Of a DNA stretch of 64,000 nucleotides, positions 37,099-45,489 are shown in pieces. Origin of the DNA: Candidatus Poseidonia alphae (GTDB lineage Archaea > Thermoplasmatota > Poseidoniia > Poseidoniales > Poseidoniaceae). The stretch is taken from assembly GCA_002505405.1 (NCBI GenBank), contig DAVD01000037.1:146880-210879 (forward strand), written 5' to 3'. The translations under genes were made by a program, and so were the position numbers. Every line of letters begins with the position of its first letter. The stretch's first letter is position 1. Below the pieces are notes generated by a model that saw only the letters and a program-made list of their open reading frames with translations, made no database searches and was not told the DNA's origin.

Positions 37099-37593
37099 AT
37101 GGCGGGCCCACGGTTGAAAAAGCATTATGCCTCAAAGGGTGTTCCCCCCGTCATGGAATGGTCGGAAGATGATGTGGAACTTGTGCCTTTGAGTTGGTTA
37201 AAGGCCCATGAGGCCGTCAAGCCTCGTAACCAAAGGAAGTTGCTCGATATGACCCGTCGTTGGGGTGGATACACAAAACCGCTTATCGTAGATTCCAACA
37301 CTGGTGCAATCCTCGACGGACATCATCGCCACGCCATCGCCCTTGATTTGGGTTTAATTCGCGTCCCGGTTCTTTGCGTGGACTATCTTGGTAACGATGC
37401 GATAAGCGTTGACGTATGGCCGGCATGCGGTCGTGAAAGCCTCTCGAAAGAAGATGTGATCTCCATGAGCCTCTCCGATGATGTATTCCCACCCAAAACC
37501 AGCAGGCATACGATGGCTGACGATACACCACCGATTTTTATTCCTCTTGAAGTCCTTCTTGAACCACTCAAGCACGGTCCTGACGCGTCATGA
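37099..37593 (+). CDS. ParB/sulfiredoxin-fold (ParB-like nuclease domain) protein
   Basis: 'LVPLSWLKAHEAV...KPLIVDSNTGAILDGHHRHAIALDLGL'. The start is uncertain (ATG 37099 or 37153). The 3' end overlaps the convergent M61 gene by 26 bp. Confidence 0.55.
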   Translation: MAGPRLKKHYASKGVPPVMEWSEDDVELVPLSWLKAHEAVKPRNQRKLLDMTRRWGGYTKPLIVDSNTGAILDGHHRHAIALDLGLIRVPVLCVDYLGNDAISVDVWPACGRESLSKEDVISMSLSDDVFPPKTSRHTMADDTPPIFIPLEVLLEPLKHGPDAS

Positions 37594-39382
37594 TGTACGC
37601 TCGCCATGCTGCGTTTCCTTTCCCAGAAAGTTTGACCTCATGCTGTGGTGGCCCCGGCAATTTGATTTCAACCCTTTTCAGCATTCCTTCGTGACTGAAA
37701 TCCAGCCATGCCGACGTGTTTTGTCGCCCTTTTAGAACCGAGGTAAGATGGCTTAATGATTGAATACGCAGTTGATCGAGTGCGATCAATTCGTCTCCGA
37801 CCTGAGTTTTTGTTCGAAGAGGGGAGCCGGAGTGGTACGTCGTGATGATGACCTTTCCCTTTTGATCCCGAAGTCCAACGCCAAGCCATGCTGTTGGGTC
37901 TTCTTCCGATTTTTCCGGTACGATGTCAAGCCGAAAGAACTTCATCGCTTTCTTGATGTCTGGTGCCGTTCTTTCATGAACAAGTCGGTCCAAATATGGG
38001 CCAAGGCTTTTACCGCCAGGAACTTCTTTCAGGGTCTTCCGTAGGCTCTTGTAATCGACACCCAGCTCATTGCTGCTTTCGTAATCTAGAGCAAAGCGAT
38101 TGCACAACTCAGCCATGAATTCACATGCACCATAAGTTCCTTTGCTTCTCTTCTGTAATTCGACATCCAAACACATGATGGCTAATTCACCTTCCAAGTA
38201 ATATGAGATTTGACTCTCTCTCGTATAGGGTCCGCTTCTATAGAGGTGTATCCACGCATCATGGCTGGATTCAGAGAGGGATTCTCGATGCATCCCATTT
38301 TTACCCGTATGGCGCTTCATCTTCCGTTGGAAATCCTTTCTCCAATCGTCTTCACTCCAAGCTCCCGAGCGAACACAAAGCATGTCGCCAAGCCAAGAAG
38401 TTCCTCCTTCAAACCACCAAAGCAAATCCGTATGGACTTCCTTCTGCAAGTCATAATTTAGGAAATTCTTTGGTCGCAATCGTTTGACGTTCCATTGATG
38501 CAAGTATTCGTGAGAAAACAGACTTACAAGGTCTCGGTATTCATCGTCGTGGCCAGGATACAGGCACTTGCGAGGCATCATTGAAGTCTGTGAGTTGAGG
38601 TGCTCCAATCCGCCGCGCCCCGTATCCGTCAAGTGAAGGACGGTGGTATATGTGCCCCATTTCGGCAAGCCGAAGAGGGCGTGGTGTTCCTTGATGATTC
38701 GCTCCATGTCAACAATAAAGCAATCGAGGCGTTCTTGATTTGGCTGGTGCCCACCGCTGTCCCAAATTTTTAGGTGGTGTGTTCTTCCATCAACAACATG
38801 GGTGAAGGACTCGTTTTCATTGATTTCAATGATTCCATCCAAGAGATGGTCCCTATTTGGGGCAGAAAAACTCCAGGTCGCAGTACCGGCTTTTTTTACC
38901 GGGGCTCCTGAAGATTCAAATTGGGTTGCTGGAGTCCATTGTGACGGGGCAGTGAGTACAATCTCGTGTTGCATGTTTAATCGCTCTTGTGAGATTCCTT
39001 TCTCCGGCATCATCCAAGTAAACGGAGGCATGAGGTGAAGGTGTGTACTGTCAAGGTGAGTTGAACGGACGCTTAGTTCAGCAGCGAGAATGGTGTAGTT
39101 CGTCTTTATCGATTCAGTGTTTTGGGGGATTGAAACTTCAATCCCATCCACGCCAACTCGTTTCCAACGCAGTTCTTTCCCCGCAGACGAAACGGCTGAG
39201 AAATTGAAGAGGTGCTGCATGGGTTCACGCATAAAATACGAACCGGGAACCCATCTAGGGAATCGTAAGACGAGTTTTCGGCCCAAAAATGGGCCGGTGA
39301 TTGAAACGCCAACATGCAAGTGGTGATGTTCTCCATCTGTGGCATCGGCTGTGAATGTGAGGCCTGAGTTCTTGGTGCTCAT
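37568..39382 (-). CDS. M61-family metallopeptidase (glycyl aminopeptidase-like) with C-terminal PDZ-like domain
   Basis: 604 aa. 'HEYLHQWNVKRLRP' HExxH plus 'WWFEGGTSW'. The C-terminal 'GSPLRTKTQVGDELIALD' is PDZ-like. Confidence 0.85.
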   Translation of the reverse strand: MSTKNSGLTFTADATDGEHHHLHVGVSITGPFLGRKLVLRFPRWVPGSYFMREPMQHLFNFSAVSSAGKELRWKRVGVDGIEVSIPQNTESIKTNYTILAAELSVRSTHLDSTHLHLMPPFTWMMPEKGISQERLNMQHEIVLTAPSQWTPATQFESSGAPVKKAGTATWSFSAPNRDHLLDGIIEINENESFTHVVDGRTHHLKIWDSGGHQPNQERLDCFIVDMERIIKEHHALFGLPKWGTYTTVLHLTDTGRGGLEHLNSQTSMMPRKCLYPGHDDEYRDLVSLFSHEYLHQWNVKRLRPKNFLNYDLQKEVHTDLLWWFEGGTSWLGDMLCVRSGAWSEDDWRKDFQRKMKRHTGKNGMHRESLSESSHDAWIHLYRSGPYTRESQISYYLEGELAIMCLDVELQKRSKGTYGACEFMAELCNRFALDYESSNELGVDYKSLRKTLKEVPGGKSLGPYLDRLVHERTAPDIKKAMKFFRLDIVPEKSEEDPTAWLGVGLRDQKGKVIITTYHSGSPLRTKTQVGDELIALDQLRIQSLSHLTSVLKGRQNTSAWLDFSHEGMLKRVEIKLPGPPQHEVKLSGKGNAAWRAYIMTRQDRA

Positions 39383-40371
39383 GACGTGAGTTCATTTGCG
39401 GCGGTTGATAGGTTCTCGCACGCCACCTTGAGAAGCTCCGGTGGATTCGTTGCCATGAATTTCTTGAGGTTGTCGATCACATCGGGTTCATTTGCACGAC
39501 CCAATAAACGCTCGAGTAATTTGCTTCGTTCAATGATGTCTACGTCTTGATTTCCGATCATATCCCAGCGCAATTCATCTTCCTGAGCTCCTTTACCCAT
39601 GAGCCAACGTGCGATGATGGAATGCATGTTCGTTTCAATGAGGGTTTGAATGAGGACGTCACTTGAATCATCCACATTCCCTCTGAGATGTTTTGTGATG
39701 TCGTGAAAGTGTTGAGGGCCGAGTTTTTCAGCCAGTGCTGAAAGGTTGTTTGGATGATGCTTAGCCATCCAAAGGAACAACTTTACCGTTCCAGATTGCA
39801 AGCCAAAAAATGGCTGAATTGCCGACAATTCAACGGCTTCATCTCGGTTCAACAAGGCCCGCAATGCCTCGATTTGAACCGAAGCCGAAGCATCTTTGAG
39901 GCCGTTTAGAAGTTGTTCTTTGCTGCAGGAACGGTGCCTCATGGCGAGGCTTCGAATCGCATCATTGGCGTTCTGATGCATGGCTTCAATGGCCTTGTTA
40001 TCTCCGTGTGTGAGTAAAGCATCAGCAGCTTTCCTACGGACGACTGAATCTTCATCATCAAGCATGACCTTTGCAATGGAGGTCCCGTTCTCGCCCAATG
40101 CGTCCAGAAGATTGGCTCCGCAACGGCGCACATTGAGAGATGAGTGAGCCGTTAAATCTTGAACCGCATCCAGCCCAACGGTTGGTGCCCAGCGTCGGTA
40201 AGCGTCCAAGGCTTTGGACACAAACCATGAATCTTCATCGTTCAAGAGCGACTTGAAGGCCTTGAGTGATTCAGGGTCTTCCAATTCAACCAAGGTTCGG
40301 ACGGCTCGCCTTCGGGTACGTATGTCACGGTGCTTGAGGCGGCCCATGGCCCTGTCAAGTTCCCCTGCCAT
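39379..40371 (-). CDS. HEAT-repeat protein
   Basis: 330 aa of repeated 'D.d..VRr.A...L' helical pairs ('DIRTRRRAVRTLVEL', 'DEDSVVRRKAADALLTHG', 'SLNVRRCGANLL'). A 4-bp ATGA overlap joins it to the M61 gene. Confidence 0.7.
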   Translation of the reverse strand: MAGELDRAMGRLKHRDIRTRRRAVRTLVELEDPESLKAFKSLLNDEDSWFVSKALDAYRRWAPTVGLDAVQDLTAHSSLNVRRCGANLLDALGENGTSIAKVMLDDEDSVVRRKAADALLTHGDNKAIEAMHQNANDAIRSLAMRHRSCSKEQLLNGLKDASASVQIEALRALLNRDEAVELSAIQPFFGLQSGTVKLFLWMAKHHPNNLSALAEKLGPQHFHDITKHLRGNVDDSSDVLIQTLIETNMHSIIARWLMGKGAQEDELRWDMIGNQDVDIIERSKLLERLLGRANEPDVIDNLKKFMATNPPELLKVACENLSTAANELTS

Positions 40372-40425
40372 GATGCTCCCAATCTGCGCTCCCTCATAGG
40401 GCTGTTCTTTTGAAAACGCATCGTT

Positions 40426-41100
40426 TCATCGCATCTCAAGCCATGCGAATATGAGGATGATCGGTAGAACGTAAAACAGCCTTCGGTGCATGATGTGGGT
40501 TGATTCCATGTGCTCAATTACCGAAGGTGGAAGAACCTCAATGGATGACGAAGTTCTTCTTCTTCGGTTCAGAGGGATGTGCTGTTCAACATAACTCAAC
40601 ACTTGGTTGCGCAACTCGGGATTGCGACTGCGTTGTTCGCCTCGGCCAACGATGTAACGCAAGGTGTGCTTCTCAGTCATTGGAAGTGTTGCCTGAACAA
40701 TGGCGAGTGGATGAGTTGAATTGTGCAAATCGATTCGAACAGCCCTTCCGTCGCCACGAACATGGCTCAAAACCCTCCACTTCCCTTGACCTTCGTTGAA
40801 CCGGTCCAAGCAATCTCGTGCTTCATCCAATGGGTCTTCTTTACTGTAGTGTGGGGCTCGCCTCCATCCAAGGAAAGGGCCAAGGAGGACGGCGCATATT
40901 AACGGTGTTAAGCACATCAATTCCAAGAGGCGCACCAAGGCGTCAGGGTCCGTAAGCGCCGAAACGACTGCAAGTGAGAATCCGAGAAAAAGTCCGATAA
41001 AGGCTCCAGCCTGCAATCCAGTCATAAGGCCGATTCGGGGTGGAAGTTCCTCGGCCATACCCATTGATGAGGGGCATTTGAAATGAAGGCTTGCCTTCAA
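40426..41100 (-). CDS. Hypothetical membrane protein
   Basis: 224-aa ORF with 2-3 N-terminal TM helices and one C-terminal TM helix. No recognisable motif. Confidence 0.45.
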   Translation of the reverse strand: MKASLHFKCPSSMGMAEELPPRIGLMTGLQAGAFIGLFLGFSLAVVSALTDPDALVRLLELMCLTPLICAVLLGPFLGWRRAPHYSKEDPLDEARDCLDRFNEGQGKWRVLSHVRGDGRAVRIDLHNSTHPLAIVQATLPMTEKHTLRYIVGRGEQRSRNPELRNQVLSYVEQHIPLNRRRRTSSSIEVLPPSVIEHMESTHIMHRRLFYVLPIILIFAWLEMR

Positions 41101-41138
41101 GCGGTAATAATTGAATAGATGAGCAACCTAGGGAGGCC

Positions 41139-41909
41139 ATGGAACGCAACGGTCTCAACGACCGGAGAAAAGAAGTCAAAATAGGCAGATGGGTCCTCGG
41201 TGTATCCGGTTTCCTGTTCGTTTCTTTTTTCCTCGCACCACTCACCCTCGACCCCGGGACCGTGGAGAACGTTGAAGGGCGTGCAAACGTGATCGATTTT
41301 TACTCAAAAGACGGGTCAGGTTCGTATGGGAATCTGGTCAAATACAATCACTCGCATGAGGATGGTTTCCATGAACATCAAGGCTATGTCTGGAGCGAAA
41401 TGAATCCATATGCAGCAGTGATCTATGCCTTCGGAGACCTAAACTGCCATCAAAAGCATGAGCGTTCGCTCGAAATCAATGGAAATCAAATGCCGGTTTG
41501 TACGAGGGACCTCGGCATCTTTTTCGGATTGTTTATCGGTGGGCTGCTGTTTACTCAGCGAGGATGGAACCGATGGACGGTAAAAGACACCTGCCTCTCC
41601 CTTCTCCCCGCCGCTTGGTTGGTTCCAGTTTATGCTCGAAACTGGAGGTTGTTTGCTTGGCTTGGAGTTGGAGTTCTGCTCTGCTCTCCAATGTTGTTTG
41701 ATGGATTTTACCAATTGTTGACGAACTATGAATCGACCAACAATAAACGGGTGATGACAGGGATTCCATTTGGCTTTGGTCTTGGGGTCCTCATGTGCAG
41801 TATGTTTGCATCACGAGCTGATGCATTTTCGGGTGCGGGGGCTGTCGTTTTGCCTGGCAACTCAAGATTTACCCTGGCCTCATCTGCTCCTCAAGACGAA
41901 TCCGAATGA
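41139..41909 (+). CDS. DUF2085-like membrane protein
   Basis: 'FGDLNCHQKHERSLEINGNQMPVCTRDLGIFFG' matches the C-H-Q...R-S...P-x-C-x-R-x-x-G core I associate with DUF2085. Has several TM helices. Confidence 0.6.
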   Translation: MERNGLNDRRKEVKIGRWVLGVSGFLFVSFFLAPLTLDPGTVENVEGRANVIDFYSKDGSGSYGNLVKYNHSHEDGFHEHQGYVWSEMNPYAAVIYAFGDLNCHQKHERSLEINGNQMPVCTRDLGIFFGLFIGGLLFTQRGWNRWTVKDTCLSLLPAAWLVPVYARNWRLFAWLGVGVLLCSPMLFDGFYQLLTNYESTNNKRVMTGIPFGFGLGVLMCSMFASRADAFSGAGAVVLPGNSRFTLASSAPQDESE

Positions 41910-43261
41910 ACGGGCGGGGCATTGGACCACCACACCAATAATTCCGATGCATTGGATGGAAGGGGGCAACCTTCATGACCGCTTGTCAGAATAACAAGGC
42001 GCTGGTGGATGTCTGAAATCGACTTCTTTAATCCCGAGGTGAGTTCTTTTCCATCATCGGTATGGAATATGTCTTCAAGCGCTTTGGACCATTCTTTATT
42101 CGGATTTGACCTGCGCCAAGACGCCAGAGACCCTCTCAAAGGCCACATGGCTAGCGTGAGGCGGGCGAATCCAAGTCGTTCGTCTCTTAATTTGAACAAC
42201 TGGGCGTCTGAAAACGGAACGTGAGATTGTTGTTTGAAGATCCAATGTTCTGCTAGAAGCCATTTCACCAGGCGTTGTGTATGCCGTTGAGTAACCATTC
42301 TGATGGGTCCTAATGATGCATGAAGGCGCGGTACTTCGCTGGACCCAACCATGAGTGAAAGTGTTCCGAGGATCGACCAGCACGAGTGAGCGTAGGGCGT
42401 GGCTGGAACATCATGTTCCTGAGCAGTCTCTGTAGGCCAGTTGTCTTCTGCCTCTTGCATCCAATCCGATGGTGATTTTCCAGATAGCCAACCGACATGA
42501 ATCGCCGTTCGTTCTTGAGGTGCCCCAGGCAATCGCGTCTGTTTTTTCACATCGTGAACCAGTTGGTTCAACAAATTCCGGTCCACTTCATCCCCGTCCA
42601 CATTCAGTGGAGATGGCTTACGGTTGAAGAATCGCCGCAGTTCGCTCCGGAGTGAGCGTTTGAGTTCATCCAATCCGCCCTCGTTGAGGATGGGTCCAAC
42701 CACATGACATTGGTTGAAGGGTGCTGGTGCCTTTACCCCCCCGGCTAAGAGGTCATGAAACCCTTTGCGAATGGTTGTCTGAATTTCCTTTGTCTCAAAG
42801 TATTCCTGCTTGTCACTGGTCATCCGTAATGTGCCGGTTTTGATGCGCTTCATGGCTTTTTTAGGGTCGCAGTCAATCCACAACACCAAGTCCGGAATCA
42901 TTGCTGCAGCGTTCATTTTTGCAACTTGTTCAAGACCCAATTCCCCTACAACCCCCTGATAAATCAGCGAAGAATGAATGTTCCTGTCCGAGATAACTAC
43001 GCACCCCTTCGCCAGTAATGGGCGGATGTATGTATGGGAGTGATCCAAGCGGTCGGCTGCGAACAAGCCTGCCTCTTCAAGGGGGGTTTTATCTCCCAAC
43101 TTAACAGAAGAAAGGGCGAGTTTGCCAAGTTCGCTGTGACGGCGCGGCTCATGTGTTGAGATCACCTCGGGAAAAGGAAACTCACTGAGCAATTCAGCAA
43201 GAATTCTTGCGGCTTCACCTTTGCCAGACCCGTCACCGCCTTCTACTGAAATCAAGTACAT
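41891..43261 (-). CDS. tmk: Thymidylate kinase fused to an uncharacterised ~250-aa C-terminal domain
   Basis: N-terminal ~205 aa: 'LISVEGGDGSGKG', 'ISTHEP', 'LFAADRLDH', 'VVISDRNIHSSLIYQG', 'PDLVLWIDCDPKKAMKRI'. The remaining ~250 aa is unrecognised. Confidence 0.75.
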   Translation of the reverse strand: MYLISVEGGDGSGKGEAARILAELLSEFPFPEVISTHEPRRHSELGKLALSSVKLGDKTPLEEAGLFAADRLDHSHTYIRPLLAKGCVVISDRNIHSSLIYQGVVGELGLEQVAKMNAAAMIPDLVLWIDCDPKKAMKRIKTGTLRMTSDKQEYFETKEIQTTIRKGFHDLLAGGVKAPAPFNQCHVVGPILNEGGLDELKRSLRSELRRFFNRKPSPLNVDGDEVDRNLLNQLVHDVKKQTRLPGAPQERTAIHVGWLSGKSPSDWMQEAEDNWPTETAQEHDVPATPYAHSCWSILGTLSLMVGSSEVPRLHASLGPIRMVTQRHTQRLVKWLLAEHWIFKQQSHVPFSDAQLFKLRDERLGFARLTLAMWPLRGSLASWRRSNPNKEWSKALEDIFHTDDGKELTSGLKKSISDIHQRLVILTSGHEGCPLPSNASELLVWWSNAPPVHSDSS

Positions 43262-43264
43262 GTT

Positions 43265-44212
43265 TCAGTCCTCTCGCTGGTCTTCAAAGTCAAATTTAGC
43301 AAAGATGTTGAGAATCATTCCAGCAAGAATAAGGGTCGGTCCAATGATAATAAAGCCTCTACCAAATAAGGCAAAGCCGGCGAAATACTGGCTTCTTCGA
43401 TAATGCCGCCCGCGGCGCATTTCCACGGCTGCTTGGACGCCTACGAACGACGCAAGAACGGTGACAATTCCGATTCCACTAGCAAGAGCGACTGCGAAGT
43501 CAAGACTTGGACCCCCGATCGTCTCCGAATTGTCCTCATAACGCGTGTCATTGCCGCTTTTCATCGTCACCGGCATTAATCCAGCGTCATCAGGGCTAAA
43601 GGTGCGTTCAACGGTTTGAAACCCATCCTTTGAAAAAATAATGATGTGGACTTTCTTAGCAACGTTTTCCATGCTGTAGTAGCCGTATTCGTTCGTTGAT
43701 GTTGTTTGGAGTTGGGCTCTCGAATCCTTTTCAAGAAGTTCAACGGTTACATTTTCAACGCCAGTGCCCTCAATGTCGAGGAGAATTTCTCCGGAGATGT
43801 CTGCCGTTTGTTGGTCGGAGTTCCATGCTGAAACAAAGGCTTCTGAAGGATTGCCTTGGAGGATTAAGGCTCCACTGATGATTCCAAGGATGCTTCCGAT
43901 GAGGACAAGCGATGCAGCCAGATTCCTCCACCGGTCAGCATCTCGGTCCAACATCTCATACCAGTCATCTTGTTGAGGTTCTTCAACGGTGACAACTTCT
44001 TGATATTCATCCTGTGTAATGACGAGAGGTGCTTCAGGCTCGATGAGCGTTCCAGCGTTTTTCTTTGCTTGAACGCGCTCTCGAAGGGCTTTCATTCGGG
44101 TTTCTCGGTCATCCCCCAACTCCATGCCCCCTTGGTGAAGCCACAGTGTGCGCGGATAATACCCCTTCCCTTCTTGGTCCGCGCACAAGTCGTTCAGTGC
44201 TTCAGTTTCCAC
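43265..44212 (-). CDS. Membrane protein with CarboxypepD_reg-like beta-sandwich ectodomain
   Basis: 315 aa. TM helix, 'GVENVTVELLEKDSRAQLQTTSTNEYGYYSMENV...FSKDGFQTVERTF', then 2-3 C-terminal TM helices. Overlaps the upstream M28 gene by 19 bp. Confidence 0.5.
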   Translation of the reverse strand: METEALNDLCADQEGKGYYPRTLWLHQGGMELGDDRETRMKALRERVQAKKNAGTLIEPEAPLVITQDEYQEVVTVEEPQQDDWYEMLDRDADRWRNLAASLVLIGSILGIISGALILQGNPSEAFVSAWNSDQQTADISGEILLDIEGTGVENVTVELLEKDSRAQLQTTSTNEYGYYSMENVAKKVHIIIFSKDGFQTVERTFSPDDAGLMPVTMKSGNDTRYEDNSETIGGPSLDFAVALASGIGIVTVLASFVGVQAAVEMRRGRHYRRSQYFAGFALFGRGFIIIGPTLILAGMILNIFAKFDFEDQRED

Positions 44213-45402
44213 TCAGCGAAAACGATTAATCCTACAATCAGAAACAATGAGGCCCCGGCAAGGATGACAAGTCCGGTAATTACGCGGGATTTAGGCTTTG
44301 ATGGTTCAAGGGGTTCAACATCACCATCGCCTGTGGAATTGTCTTGGGCTGGCTGCCCTTGCTCTTCAACAACGATGACGAAAGCCTCGCTTTTCAATCC
44401 AAGTTCAACCAATCGTCCAACGGCACCTAAGGATTCTGCACTGACTTTGTCGGGCGTATCTTCCATTGTGTGCCAGTATTCGCCGAAGGTCCCAGGGACC
44501 TTTTCACCGTACTGCGGGTCCATGAAACTGAGCGTAGGGATGCCCAATTCGTCAGGATGTTGATGGTCGTCGCCAACGTATGCAGTGATGTTGTATTGCA
44601 TGGTCCCGTCACCATCAATTCCAGCGCACGATACGGTGCCGTTCACCATTCCTAGGGCGCCCCCTAGGGCTTGCGCTCGTGATTTCAATGTTGAATTTCC
44701 GATGTAGATTTTTTGGAGTTGTAGGTCACGGTCACCGACCATGTCCAATAAGACAAACGACTCCATATTGTCGATTTCAACTTGAGACAAATTATCAGCC
44801 CAAGCTTCTGCTCCTACGGTATAATTGTCATTTTGGTCTTCAGCATCGTTCCAAAACAGGGTGATGTCTTGTGAAAGGTTCATTGCAGGAATGATCCGAG
44901 CCAGTTCAATCAGAATTGCAGCTCCGCTGGCGGCATCATTTGCTCCGGGTACGGGCAAAGTTTGATTTGAGACATTCAAATCCTTATCCGCAATGTTACG
45001 GCTATCATAATGGGCTGAAATGACAATTCTTCCTCGCTCTTCATCTCCGGTTCCGTTGAGTGTTGCAAAGAGGTTGGTGAGGTTCATGCCATGCCGCTCA
45101 TGCTGTTGGGTATAGACTTCCCAGCCCCACGCAGTTACGTTTTCTTCAACCGCTGAACGGAAGAGTGCGGAAGGTTCTGATTCTGGTACGCGTGGGCCGA
45201 GGGAAACCTGCCAGCCGACTGAAGTGTTGGCGTTTGTACCGCTGAAGGTGAGGTTTTCGGAGATGCCGCAGAGGGATGAATGTTCATCCTCCACGTTCCA
45301 TTGGCTCTCATTTTGGGATGAAACCGATGTGCTGAGCGTCATCATTGCGATGATTAAGCACAGCCATGTTGCCGTCACTCTCCGCGAGGTTCTACTCGAC
45401 AT
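44194..45402 (-). CDS. M28-family zinc aminopeptidase, secreted and C-terminally anchored
   Basis: 402 aa. Signal/anchor 'WLCLIIAMMTLSTSVSS', 'VISAHYDSRN', 'GANDAASGAAILIELAR', 'FWNDAEDQ', 'HTMEDT'. C-terminal TM 'GLVILAGASLFLIVGLIVF'. Confidence 0.8.
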   Translation of the reverse strand: MSSRTSRRVTATWLCLIIAMMTLSTSVSSQNESQWNVEDEHSSLCGISENLTFSGTNANTSVGWQVSLGPRVPESEPSALFRSAVEENVTAWGWEVYTQQHERHGMNLTNLFATLNGTGDEERGRIVISAHYDSRNIADKDLNVSNQTLPVPGANDAASGAAILIELARIIPAMNLSQDITLFWNDAEDQNDNYTVGAEAWADNLSQVEIDNMESFVLLDMVGDRDLQLQKIYIGNSTLKSRAQALGGALGMVNGTVSCAGIDGDGTMQYNITAYVGDDHQHPDELGIPTLSFMDPQYGEKVPGTFGEYWHTMEDTPDKVSAESLGAVGRLVELGLKSEAFVIVVEEQGQPAQDNSTGDGDVEPLEPSKPKSRVITGLVILAGASLFLIVGLIVFAEWKLKH

Positions 45403-45489
45403 ATTGACGCCTTTACCACGGACTCTTAAATACCTCCTTTCAAGTGGCTAAATTGGGAATCGGTCCTACGATTCCTAAAGGTGATTATT

